Below, in pieces: positions 1 to 10,322 of a stretch of DNA of 64,000 nucleotides. A model generated the notes under the pieces. It worked only from the letters and a program-made list of their open reading frames with translations. It had not been told where the DNA came from and ran no database searches. The DNA comes from Callorhinchus milii (taxonomy: Eukaryota). The position numbers and the translations under genes are program-made. The stretch spans positions 122,018,001 through 122,082,000 of the forward strand of contig NW_024704742.1 of assembly GCF_018977255.1 (NCBI RefSeq), written 5' to 3'. Each line of letters starts with the position of its first letter. Within the stretch, counting starts at the first letter, position 1.

Positions 1-1592
1 TCAAAGTCCCAAAATGTGACTTCAAACCACAACTTTCTAACTCAGAGGCAAGAATGTTGAGCAAGCTAACAACTGAGCTGTGCTAACACCTCTGGTTTAG
101 GTTTGACTCCACTGTTCCTATTTGCAGAAAAACTCGGAAATGTATGCATGCAAGGTCACAGTGCCTTGTCCATTTCACTGCCAATATATGCACCAGCCAC
201 TTGGACTTTGAATGTTTCCTTCCTAAAACACTAGATACATTAGTTCATACATCAGACCTCAAAAGTGTTTTTCATTGTATAGCATTAATATATATTGCTT
301 TGTTTCAAGGTCAGTTTTCTGCTGTGACAATCAAGCATGTAATTAGAAGCCTTAGTAAGTGTGTTGTTTTACATTAATCGATTTCATACATTATCTGGAC
401 AGAGCTTTCTCTGATGGTTTATTGCATAGTCAAATCCACTGAGTATCTTGTAAAGTACCGTCTGCATCGTACGCTGGATATTTCGTTCAAACATGACTTT
501 CAGGTGCATTATCTAGTTTATTAATGGAATGAGTGTTGAAGCAAAATATAGCACTGTATCTTGTTCTCTTTCAGTCAGAGATAGGAGACAACATCACAAG
601 TAACTAATCAGTGTGTTAGTGAAGATAGTGCATTCGTTGAAACCATCTCCTGGAACCTGTTTACTGAGGCAGGTCATCCCTCTGTTGCTCTGAGGTGATA
701 CATAAAGACAGAACCATCCCTTCTGAGATTGTTGGTGTGGTGAAATTATTGCCAGACAAAATGCTCTATCATTTCGAATCAAATCTTTATTAGTGCAAAA
801 TAATATGTCTATTATAATTTTTGCTCCAAAATTTAGGGTGTCCATTCTACTGTTAGAGGATATGGATAATTTGTTTGGTTGAGTCCTTGGTATGAAAGCG
901 GTGGAGGGAGGAGATGACCAATAGCACGGTTAAAGAGGAAGGTCTTCAGTCTCGATCTAAAAGTTGGAAAAGAGGGGACAAAATGGAGGGATTGAGGGAG
1001 AGAGTTTCAAAGCTTCGAGAAGTAGTGGCTGAAAGTGCAGCTGCCTATGTTGGAGTGGAGGGGCGAGGGACAAGCAGGAGGCCAGAGACAGCTAAGCAGA
1101 GGAGTGGGATGAAAGGAGGTCAGAAAGGTAGGGAGGTACCAGGGCGTAAAGGGATTTGTGGACGAGTGAGAGATCCATTAATCCCATTATTTCCTCTCCT
1201 GCTGCTGGTAGTGACAATGGACAAAACTGCATGGATTGTCCATTTGAAACCACACAGATTGAGAAACCTTCATCTCATTGAAAGAGACATCCAAAGTCAT
1301 TTATTGCTGTTTGATTAACATCATTGAAGCAATATGAAATGACTCAAAATCCTGAACTGGTTTGAGTTGACCACAAACTATTAGCTTTTCGCAATTATAT
1401 GTGAGCATGGCATTCCCTGCTGCGCTCTCAGCTGCATTATTTGTAGTTCAGGTTCAGAAGTGCCCACATTTCAGAGCCTTCAAAGCCAAAAAGTGCCTTT
1501 TGATAGGAATGGATTTGATTCCTGGGTAACTGGATTTTATTCAAATTTAAAGTGTAAAATTATAAACTTTTGTATTTTCCGTTTGCAAGATT

Positions 1593-1960
1593 ATAATAAT
1601 AATTCTTGCATTTGATATAGTGCCTTATCGTGTTTTCTAGACATCTTAAAGTGCTTCACAGAATATACTGTAAAGTGAATTGATTGTATATTTTGTGGGC
1701 GAAATGCGGCAGCCAATTGTGCACAGCAGTGTCCCACAAACAGTCATGGATTGAATGAGCTATTTAGTATTTTTTTTAATGAATCATTATCTCCAGACAA
1801 GCGATCCGCCAATCGACTAACAACTGGGTTCCGACTTACTGCTAGGTAAACAGAGGCGTGTGGAGTAAGGCAACTTGCCCAACATTTCGTCCTACTGGGA
1901 ATCGAACCCAGGTCTCTTGCTTACGAGCCGAGTGCTCTAACCACCGAGCTACAGGACTCC
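1593..1960 (-). mobile_element. tRNA-headed Deu-domain SINE, long subtype
   Basis: The reverse strand reads GGAGTCCTGTAGCTCGGTGGTTAGAGCAC (A box) and GGTTCGATTCC (B box), then the TGTTTGTGGGACACTGCTGTGCACAATTGGCTGCCG core, an L2-like 3' end and a (TTA)n tail. Confidence 0.9.
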
Positions 1961-2014
1961 GATTTACTTTTAGGAAAGTAGTTTTTGTAAGGAGAATACT
2001 TTCTGATACTCCCC

Positions 2015-2335
2015 TTTCTTTCCTTCTGCCTCTTCAGAACGTGCTGTCTTATGCTGGGATTTGGTTCCATGGGTGATGGCAGGCCACAGACATCTCACTC
2101 AAGGGGCCTCCGTGAGCCCAGACTGTGAGTGCTGGCAGGCCATTCAACCGAGAACTTCGTCACAGTTGAGATTAATCTTGACCTCCCCCTAAACCCACAC
2201 ACCCGTGCACATGCACATTTTCCAGCAAAGATCAGTGGATAGCGATCAGGAGCAGAAACCTTCAGTAATTTTTTTTACCCCTCCCTTACCCAAGGGCAGC
2301 GAGGCCAATTAAAATGCCCCAACTGAGATCATAAG
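2015..2335 (-). mobile_element. Ancient SINE-like repeat (AmnSINE2-like from memory)
   Basis: Contains CACATTTTCCAGCAAAGATCAGTGGATAGCGATCAGGAGCAG and GAGGCCAATT. A diverged second copy lies at ~27325-27430. Confidence 0.55.
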
Positions 2336-3414
2336 GCGGTAGAAACTAGTTTTAGTACTCCACCGATTGTTTTCTTGAAAAACAAAATCTCCTCAAGTTG
2401 AAGAAATATTGTTTGTAACTCCTCCCCCATACCTTTGAGGTGACGCATTTGAAGCCTGAAAGTTGGCAAGAAGAACTGCTGAACTGACATCAGCCATGGG
2501 CTTTATCAGGTAGCAGCTTTGTTGAATCAGTAAGGTCTGCATCCTTCTCATTCCTAAACAGTAATCTGGAGCCATCAGGAATTTTGGAATTCCACACTGG
2601 CTGTTGCTAAGTCTCAAAGTCACTGTGGTACTGAGGAATTGAACTTTCATTTTTACTGCTACGCACATTAACACTTTCGTGCTGAATTGATTTGTGTTCA
2701 AATGAACGCAACTAGGTCTGCTTGTTGCACACTTTATTCATGGAATCTCAACCCTTTCCCTTCAGGAAATGAAAATGTTAAATGCTGCAGAGTAGAATGC
2801 TGACCAATATAACAATTTGCATTTATATCGCGTCCTTCAAATGGGGCAGCATCTCGTAGAGCTCAACAGTGGCGAGCCTGAGCTGCGATTGAAGGTAAAT
2901 TCAAAGCAAATCTGCGGGAACATTACTATAGTGAGCAAGTAGTAAACGTATGCGATAGGCTCCCTAGGGAGATGGTGGAAGCACTCTCCCTCAATCCCTC
3001 CTCCTTGCCCTCTCTCCCCTCTTTCAAGTCCCACCTGAAAACGTTCCTGTTCGACCGTGCTTACGACCAACTCCCCCCTCCCCCCTTGGCTCGGAGTCAG
3101 GCTCCGCCATTGTTAAGCGCTCTGAGCTACTACCCTGGGTAGAGGGAGTAATATAAGTGCAAGTTGTTGTTGTTTCAAGAACAAATTAAATAGATTTCTG
3201 TTAGGATATAATATCTCATGATACAATGTATGATATGTGCTTGTGACTGCCAGGATGGTGGTAAGCAAATTGGATGGACATGAGTCTTCTTTCATCTAGC
3301 AATTATTATGCTCTTATGTATGTTCTTATGGATGAGAGGTATGGTCAGAGGTGGGCAATATGATGGAGTACAGTGCAACCCCATTATAATGTGGTAGTAT
3401 GGGGTCCAAAAAAG

Positions 3415-3790
3415 GGTTGTGGGTTCATACCCCATTGTCAGGACTTTGACCTCACCTAGTCTAGGCTGACACTCATCTTCAATGCTGGTGGTGTGCTACA
3501 TTGTTGGAAGTTACTGTCCTTCAGGTGAAATGTTAAGCTAAGGTCCGTCTGTCTGTTCATGCAGGATGTGAAAGATCTCATGGCATTATTGAATAAGAAA
3601 AGAGAGTTTCTGCCAGCATCCTGAGCAACAACCCCCGGGTATAATTAGTTGTTTACTTCATGACTGTGCACAAATTGGCTGCTGGGTTCTCCTACAAAAT
3701 ATATAGTCACAACATTGTACAGCATTTCCTATGAAGCGCTTCGAGGCATCCTTCTGGTGTCAAAGACACTATATCAAATGCAAGGTTTTT
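3415..3790 (+). mobile_element. Older Deu-domain SINE (SacSINE1/AmnSINE1-like)
   Basis: GCTACATTGTTGGAAG...CAGGATGTGAAAGATCTCATGGCATTATT...GTGCACAAATTGGCTGCTG core with an L2-like tail. Confidence 0.75.
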
Positions 3791-4072
3791 TTTATTAAAA
3801 CATGCCTATTGTTACTTTCTTGCAAGTCAGTAAAGTTGTCTCGCTCTATCCATTATTATTTTGGAAACCTATTGTATCTTGCCCCCTTTAACCTCCTCAA
3901 CTTCAGTGAAAGTATAAATTTCTCAAGTATCAGTGACTTTCTGACCTACTCTACCCTTTCTGTAATGAAGGAAGATGAGCCTATAGCTTGCTTTTGTTTT
4001 GCATTATACTTATTTATGGGGCAATTGAGAGAAATTTGCTTGCTATCACCTCCACACTTGCAAGTACCTTGC

Positions 4073-4409
4073 ATGGCGGATGTGCTGTAGAAAGTCGAAA
4101 GAGTTCTCCAAATGTCTACCCAGTCATTAATTGGTGAGTGTATTCTGAGCATCAACAGAAGTCTATGAGGACATTGAAACAACATACCCCGGTTTCCGGG
4201 AGAAGCAGGGGAATTCAGAAGACTATATCCGCCAACAGTTAAATAGAAGCTAATGTTTCCATAGAATCCCATTGAGAAGTGCCATCGAATTGTATCATTT
4301 TTGGATGGCCGATGTGACCTTTAACTCCATGTGCTGGGATTCTATTATGAAAGGTTCCATTGCGAAAGATTGGCTCATTACTGCGGAAATGGTTGCTGAA
4401 GATGCTTAA
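4073..4409 (+). pseudogene. Disrupted, divergent forkhead (Fox)-domain-like coding relic
   Basis: Manual translation gives MADVL*KVERVLQMSTQSLIGECILS (4073-4150), a frameshift, then STEVYEDIETTYPGFREKQGNSEDYIRQQLNRS*CFHRIPLRSAIELYHFWMADVTFNSMCWDSIMKGSI. The second block aligns without gaps to the Fox consensus [38 protein letters not shown]. Stops at 4088, 4251 and 4407. Confidence 0.6.
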
Positions 4410-4618
4410 CTGATCTGCGAGCATGTTTACAGCACCACAGCTACCGGGAAAGGGAGATGTAACAATACTTCATTCATTTGCCTCCAAATACACAATCACT
4501 ATACTTTACAGGAAATCCTGCAAAGCACTTTGAGACAATGCGCTTTTCTACAACGTGTTAAGGTGCTATGGCAAAAGTAAGCATTATTATCCTTATTTAT
4601 TTTAATCCTTATCATGTC

Positions 4619-4927
4619 GGAGTTCTGTAGCTCAGTGGTTAGAGCACTCGCTTTGCAAGTGAGAGACCTGAGTTCAATTCCAGGCAGGTCAGGGTGAAAC
4701 CTTGGGCAAGTTTCCTTACTCCACACGCCTAATAATAATCCCTCCAAAACCAAAAACAATAATAAATTGGTCATTTTCAATCTACGACTGTTTGCGGGAC
4801 ATTGCTGTGCGCAATTGGCTGCCGCGTTCGCCCACAAATATAGTCAATTCACTTTACAGTGTGTTCTGTGAAGCGCTTTGGGACGTCCTCCCGACGTGAA
4901 AAGCGCTATATCAAATGCAAGGATTAA
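4619..4927 (+). mobile_element. Young full-length tRNA(Ala-like)-Deu-L2 SINE, short subtype
   Basis: The head GGAGTTCTGTAGCTCAGTGGTTAGAGCACTCGCTTTGCAAGTGAGAGACCTGAGTTCAATTCC has a TGC anticodon-like loop. Near-identical to the copies at 46335-46667 and 56777-57103. Confidence 0.93.
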
Positions 4928-6215
4928 TGCTTCAGTTTTTGTTTGGTAAAGTGTAGTGACTGTATTTTGGAGGTGAACGCAGCAGCCAATGTTTCCACAC
5001 AATGATGTCCCACAAACAACCATAGGGTAAATGACAGTAAGACAGGACCTTGGTTTAACGTCTCATCTGCCATTTAACTTTACCCCCTGCAAGTGTGAGG
5101 TATTTGGATACATCCATGCTATGAAGTGAAGACTGTACAGACTAATAGTAGAAAATATGCAAATAACAATAATATGTTTATTTAAATAACTTCTTCAGCA
5201 AAGTTTAATTAAGCATATTGTTGATTCCAAATAATGTTAAGGTGTACATCAGAAAGCTAATCATATATAACTCTCCTACTTGTCCTTTGTATTTGAACTG
5301 TGGTGTTTGCTGAATGGTTGAAGCACAGCAGGATATACTTTGTATTCCCTGAGCCTAAAGATGACTATGTATATGTGATGTTTCAATATATTTTTTGGAA
5401 ACTCACACTAAATTCTACTTTTTAATGTATAATATTAATACTATCATGGTGGTTACAGAACTGTAATAAACATTTAATTCACAAATAAATGAGCTAAATT
5501 CTTTCATGACCATAAATATTGGATAAAATATGGCCCTGTCCACATAAAAGATAAAAAGACAAAAGGCCATTTACCATTCATTCCTCTCAAACCAATAGGA
5601 GCAATATTGGATCCAGTACACTTCTACTATCTGGTTTTCTACTGGTGTCTCGGTGTGTGTTTTCTTAGTATCTATGACCTAGTAATATGGCCCTTTCTGA
5701 AACAAAATACAGGTACTACACTTTTCATGTTACAGCAATTCCTAAACAATTCCTAATGTGTCATCCATGTCAGCTCCCTCTTATATAATGGAAGTCAACA
5801 ATCTTCTTGTTTTTGCTTCTGAGCATTGATCAAGACTACATTCCTAGTGCATGAAACAATTTTGTTACATTGAATATTTTTTCATACATCAGCAGTTCAT
5901 GTCCAATCAGGTTTTAACATTAAATTCTCCAATCAATCATTTCCTCTGTTAATTCCAATTTCTATTAATAGTGCAACATTGTAACAAGAGCACTAAACCT
6001 GCCTGCAGTATTATCCAATTGCAGTAGACTATATCATCATGCAAAATGAGCATTTACATTAATGGAAAGACATTTATTTGAACCAACCAAATGTAAAACA
6101 AAAACCTGCATTTGCATAGCGCCTTATATCTCTGAGCGTTGTACAAAGATGAGTGCTGAACAAAGAAAGGGGGAAGGGACAGGTGACCATAGTCACAGTT
6201 GAAGAGATAGGCTTA

Positions 6216-6557
6216 GAGTCCTGTAGCTCAGTGGTTAGAGCACTCGGCTCGCAAGCTAGAGGACCTGGGTTCGATTCTCAGGCATAGTTCTGTTTACCTA
6301 GCAGTAAGTAGGATCTCAGTTGTTAGTCAATTGGCAGACCACTTTTCCCGGGGTAATAATCCCTTCAAAAACATTGTTTTTTAAATAATAATTTGGTCAC
6401 TCAATCCACAACTATTTGTGGGACACTGCTGTGTACAATTGGCTGCTGTGTTTCGCCCCCAAAATATACAGTTAATTCACTTTAAAGTATGTGAAGAGCT
6501 TTGAGACGTCTAGAAGACGTGATAAGCTGCTATATCAGATGCAAAGATTATTATTAT
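6216..6557 (+). mobile_element. tRNA-Deu SINE, long subtype, inserted in an old L2 fragment
   Basis: tRNA A/B boxes, the internal TCTGTTTACCTAGCAGTAAGTAGG segment and a (TTA)n tail. L2-like sequence continues on both sides. Confidence 0.85.
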
Positions 6558-6637
6558 AGGTTTTAAAGACAAATCAAGAAGCGCGAGATGAAGAGAGGGA
6601 GTTCCAGAGTTCAGAGTCATAGAATTTGAAGGCTCAA

Positions 6638-7245
6638 GAACAACAAAAATGTCATTGCCTTTCACATTGGGATGACGTCCCAAGGTGCTGGACAGTCAAG
6701 GGCTTGCAGCTGAGCTGGCAGGTTGAATGAAGAGGGGTGGAGAGCAAGGGGGTGGGAAGATGACCCAAGGTACGGTCTTAAGAAGGAGGCAAAGGGAGGA
6801 GGCAAGGGAGGGGATAAGGCGGAGGGGCTCTGCGATGGTGGGGCGGGCAGAATGGGGGACATGGAACAGGTCAGTGCCCACCAAGCGGAGGAAGAGGGTG
6901 AGTAGGTAAGGCTTTAACAGGTTGCAGAGGTAGGGGCAAGACCGTAAAATGAGGACAAGGATTTTAAACACAATCCTCTGGGGGATGGGGAGCCAGTGCA
7001 AGGATGGGGGTGATCAGTTAACGGAGCCTGGTGCAGGAGAGGACACAAGCTGCAGAGTTCTGAAAATTCTGCAGCTTGTGGAGGGAAGAGTTGAGAAGAC
7101 TGGCGAACAGGGAGTTAGCGTAGTCTGGACGTGATGAAAACATGAATGAGGATTTCTGCAGCCTGAGGGGAGAGGCAGTGGTGGAGGATCTCTGTGGGGA
7201 CTGGAAGTTGGTGGAACATGCCAACTTTTAATTGGATGTGCAGAG
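6638..7245 (-). mobile_element. L2 LINE 3' fragment (degenerate ORF2 C-terminus)
   Basis: Fragments LHKLQNFQNSAACVLSCTR and HWLPIPQRIVFKILVL match the L2 at 26447-27220. Confidence 0.88.
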
Positions 7246-8096
7246 CAAGGAGTGGAAAATAGTACAATTTCCACATAAAACGAGGAAAACACAAGAAAGT
7301 GGTCATTCATTTAAGTTGCATGAATTGTCCTGCACCTGGAAGCAGAATCTAACGGGACAGAACCAAAGGGGAAGTAACTGGGCGGGATCAACTTATGAAA
7401 GTCCCTCTGATCTTTCGAAACTTACCCGCAGAATACAAATTCAACTGTAGAAGTGTACAGTTAACCACAGGACTACAAATTATCTTACCACACTTTGCTT
7501 TGATTGAATAAACCTTTTGGTGATTGTTCTATTGTATGCCAAGAATTTGTACCACAGAATTGTATTATTTGTTCCATATATAATTTCAGTGTTATTTCAC
7601 CATACGTATTGTGAAATGCAGCTGCTGTCCAGTTGACGTTGGGATGCCAGAGGCTGTGTAGGCTCACATGTGCAGCTGCGATCTGAATCATCAGTCATTA
7701 GTCATTGCCTTCACAGGAAGTATTATTTCTATTTGTGCAAACTATCAGCATATGCAATTACCACTGTTTCACAGTGCTGTCATCGCTTCTCTGCTGTAAA
7801 TCAATAAGCTGCTGTCCTTTGCTTTTAATTTACACATGGAACCGACATTTTTTACACCAGTTTTCCCTTCAGGGCAACAAAACATTTGCAGCTTTATTAA
7901 ACCCAGATGTTGGCTCAGCATAAATTTGTCCATTTACTGCACGGCTGTTTGTGGGACATTGTTGTGCACAAATTAGTTGTCATATTTGCCTACAAAATTT
8001 AGTCGGCTGCACTTTACAGTGAATCCTTGGAAGATGTCCTCCTCACGCGAAAGGTGCTATATCAAATGTAAGAAATATTATTATTAATTATATTAA

Positions 8097-8785
8097 TCGT
8101 AGAATCATAGAATGATATAGCACAGAAGGAGGCCATTTGGTCCATCAGGACTGTGCTAGTTCTTTGAAAAGAGCTATCCAAATCAATCCCACTCCCCTGC
8201 TCTCTTCCCATAGCCCTGCAAACTTATACTCCCCAAATAATTATCTAGTTATCTCTTAAAAGTTGTTATCGAATCGGCTTCCACCACCCTTTCAGGCAAT
8301 GCATTCCAGATCCGAACAACTCACTGTGTGAAAAAATTTCTCCTCTCTTCCCCCTGTTTCTTTTAACAACTATTTTAAATGGGTGTCCTCGGATTACCGA
8401 TCCACCTGCCAGTGGAAATAGTTTCTCTTTGTTCACCCTATCGAATCCCCTCATAATTTTGAAAACTTCTATTAAGTCTCCTCTTGATCTTCTCTGCTTC
8501 AAAGAGAATAATCCTAGCTCCTCTAGACTCTTCTGATAACTGAAGTCCCTCATTCCTGGTACCACTCTGGTAAATCTCCTTTGCACCCTCTCCAAAGCCT
8601 TGACATCCTTCCTAAAGTGTGGTGCCCAGAACTGAACACAGTACTCTCATTGAGGCCTAACCAGTGTTTTATAAAGGTTCATCATAACTTCCTAACTTTT
8701 GTATTCTGTACCCCTATTTATAAAACCTAGTATCCCGTATGCTTTTTTAGCAGCTTTATCTATCTGTCCTGCCACCTTCAAAGAC
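8097..8785 (-). mobile_element. CR1 LINE 3' fragment
   Basis: EYCVQFWAPHFRKDVKALERVQRRFTR...LGLFSLKQRRSRGDLIEVFKIMRG is a typical CR1 ORF2 C-terminus. The 3' end is an ATTCTATG-type repeat. Confidence 0.92.
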
Positions 8786-8849
8786 TTACTTATATCATGG
8801 CTAAGTGTGATTTAGGAATCTGTAAAACAAACAAATAATTGTTGATTAA

Positions 8850-9130
8850 AATAATAATCCTTGCATTTGATATAGCACCTTATCACCTCTTTGAGACGTC
8901 TCAAAGCGCTTCAGAGAATATACAGTAAAATGAATTGACTGTATATTTTGTGGACGAAATGCGGCAGCCAATTGCGCACAGCAGTGTCCCACAAACAGTC
9001 GTGGATTGAGTGATCAAATCATTCATTTTTTTGAGAGATTATTACCCTCGGAAAGTGATCTACCAATCCACTAACCACTGATTTCCTACTTACTGCGAGG
9101 TAAACGGAGGTATGTAGAGTGAGGAAACTT
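8850..9130 (-). mobile_element. 5'-truncated tRNA-Deu SINE, long subtype
   Basis: Deu core and L2-like tail present; tRNA head missing. Confidence 0.85.
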
Positions 9131-9179
9131 CCATTCTATCAATAAGTTTCTTATGATTCTAGGAATCTGTATCACATTA

Positions 9180-9765
9180 TACAAAATTACATTTGTGATA
9201 CAAAATTGCACATCAGGATGATGTCCCAAAGCGCTGGAAAGTCAGTAATTGGAACCCGAGCAGTGGGGGGTTGGGATCAGTGTGGGTGGAGATCAGGGTG
9301 GGTAGGAGGGTGGCCGAAGGCGCGGTCAAAGAGGAGAGTCTTGAGACGCACCTTGAAGTAGGCAAAGGAGGGAGCGAAGTGAAGAGAATTTGGAGTGGAG
9401 TTCAAAAGGGTGGGTGCAGAGAGGCTGAAGGCCCGACCGCCAATGGTGGAGTGGGTCGGATGGGGGATGTGGAGCCTGCTGAACAGAGAGAATGGACAGG
9501 TTGATGTAAGGTTAGCAGGTCGCAGGAAGAGGCAAAGCCATGGAGGGCCTTGAAAGTGAGGCAGAGGATTTTGAACTGTATCCTCTGAGGGATGGGGAGC
9601 CAGTGAAACCGGGCGAGAGTGGGGGTGATGGGGTCGTGGTGTCTGGTGCAGGAGAGGACACTATCTGCAGAGTTCTGGATGATCTGCAGCTTGTGGAAGG
9701 GAAGAGTTGGGAAGGCCGACAAGCAGGGAGTTGGCGTAGTTGAGCCTAGATGTGATGAATGTGAT
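9180..9765 (-). mobile_element. L2 LINE 3' fragment
   Basis: ORF 9402-9722 reads HKLQIIQNSA...HWLPIPQRIQFKIL. Confidence 0.9.
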
Positions 9766-10124
9766 GAATGTGTACATTATGTACACAACAACAGCATGAT
9801 TTACAGAAATAGATTTGGGTGTTATATTGTAACCTCACAGCATGAAACCTGTCCAGTTGGAATCTACCACAAGAGCTTTGGCTGACAGTTTGAAGACATA
9901 TCCACACCTCAAGTGTACCTTGGATTACTGTGGACATTGAGGATCTCCTCAAGGTCAGTTCAGCACCAGAGAACACCTGCTTGCCTCTAGCACATCCAGA
10001 CATTGGGTAATTATTGAATTCAGTTTAACTTTGATGCTGTTTTCCTGTGGTTCTTAAAATAACTCACAGAAAAACAGTTTCAAAATTAAAGCTGTACTCT
10101 TGCCAACCTCTGGACACTCTAAAC

Positions 10125-10322
10125 AACAACAAACAACAACAAACAACCACAACAACAACAAGATTCCATTTATAGAGCGCCTTTCACGTCAGGAGGACAT
10201 CCCAAGGCGCTGTACAGTTGGGTCAGGACCCGAGCAGGGGGGAAATGGTCAGGGTGAGGGGAGGGAAGGGAGCGAGCGAGGAGGGGATAGAGAATCGAGA
10301 GGGGAGCTGAAGGCATGGTTCA
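10125..10322 (-). mobile_element. Young L2 3' end
   Basis: Nearly the reverse complement of ~27150-27322, with a (CAA)n tail. Confidence 0.88.

Noticed and set aside
3369..3410. TA-CAGTGCAACCCCATTATAA, resembling a Tigger/pogo TIR
   Set aside because: A single short end with no partner TIR; not enough to call.
4090..4139. ESRKSSPNVYPVIN followed by TG|GTGAGT, loosely like the PDE4D5 N-terminus (RKSVSPKLSPVISP)
   Set aside because: The similarity is short, the diagnostic RRFTVAHTC end is absent, and there is no suitable in-frame start. The forkhead-like reading explains the region better.
4619..4690. tRNA-Ala gene (also at 46600-46667, 56777-56845 and 59007-59075)
   Set aside because: These are SINE heads: no proper acceptor stem, and they run straight into the SINE body and tail.
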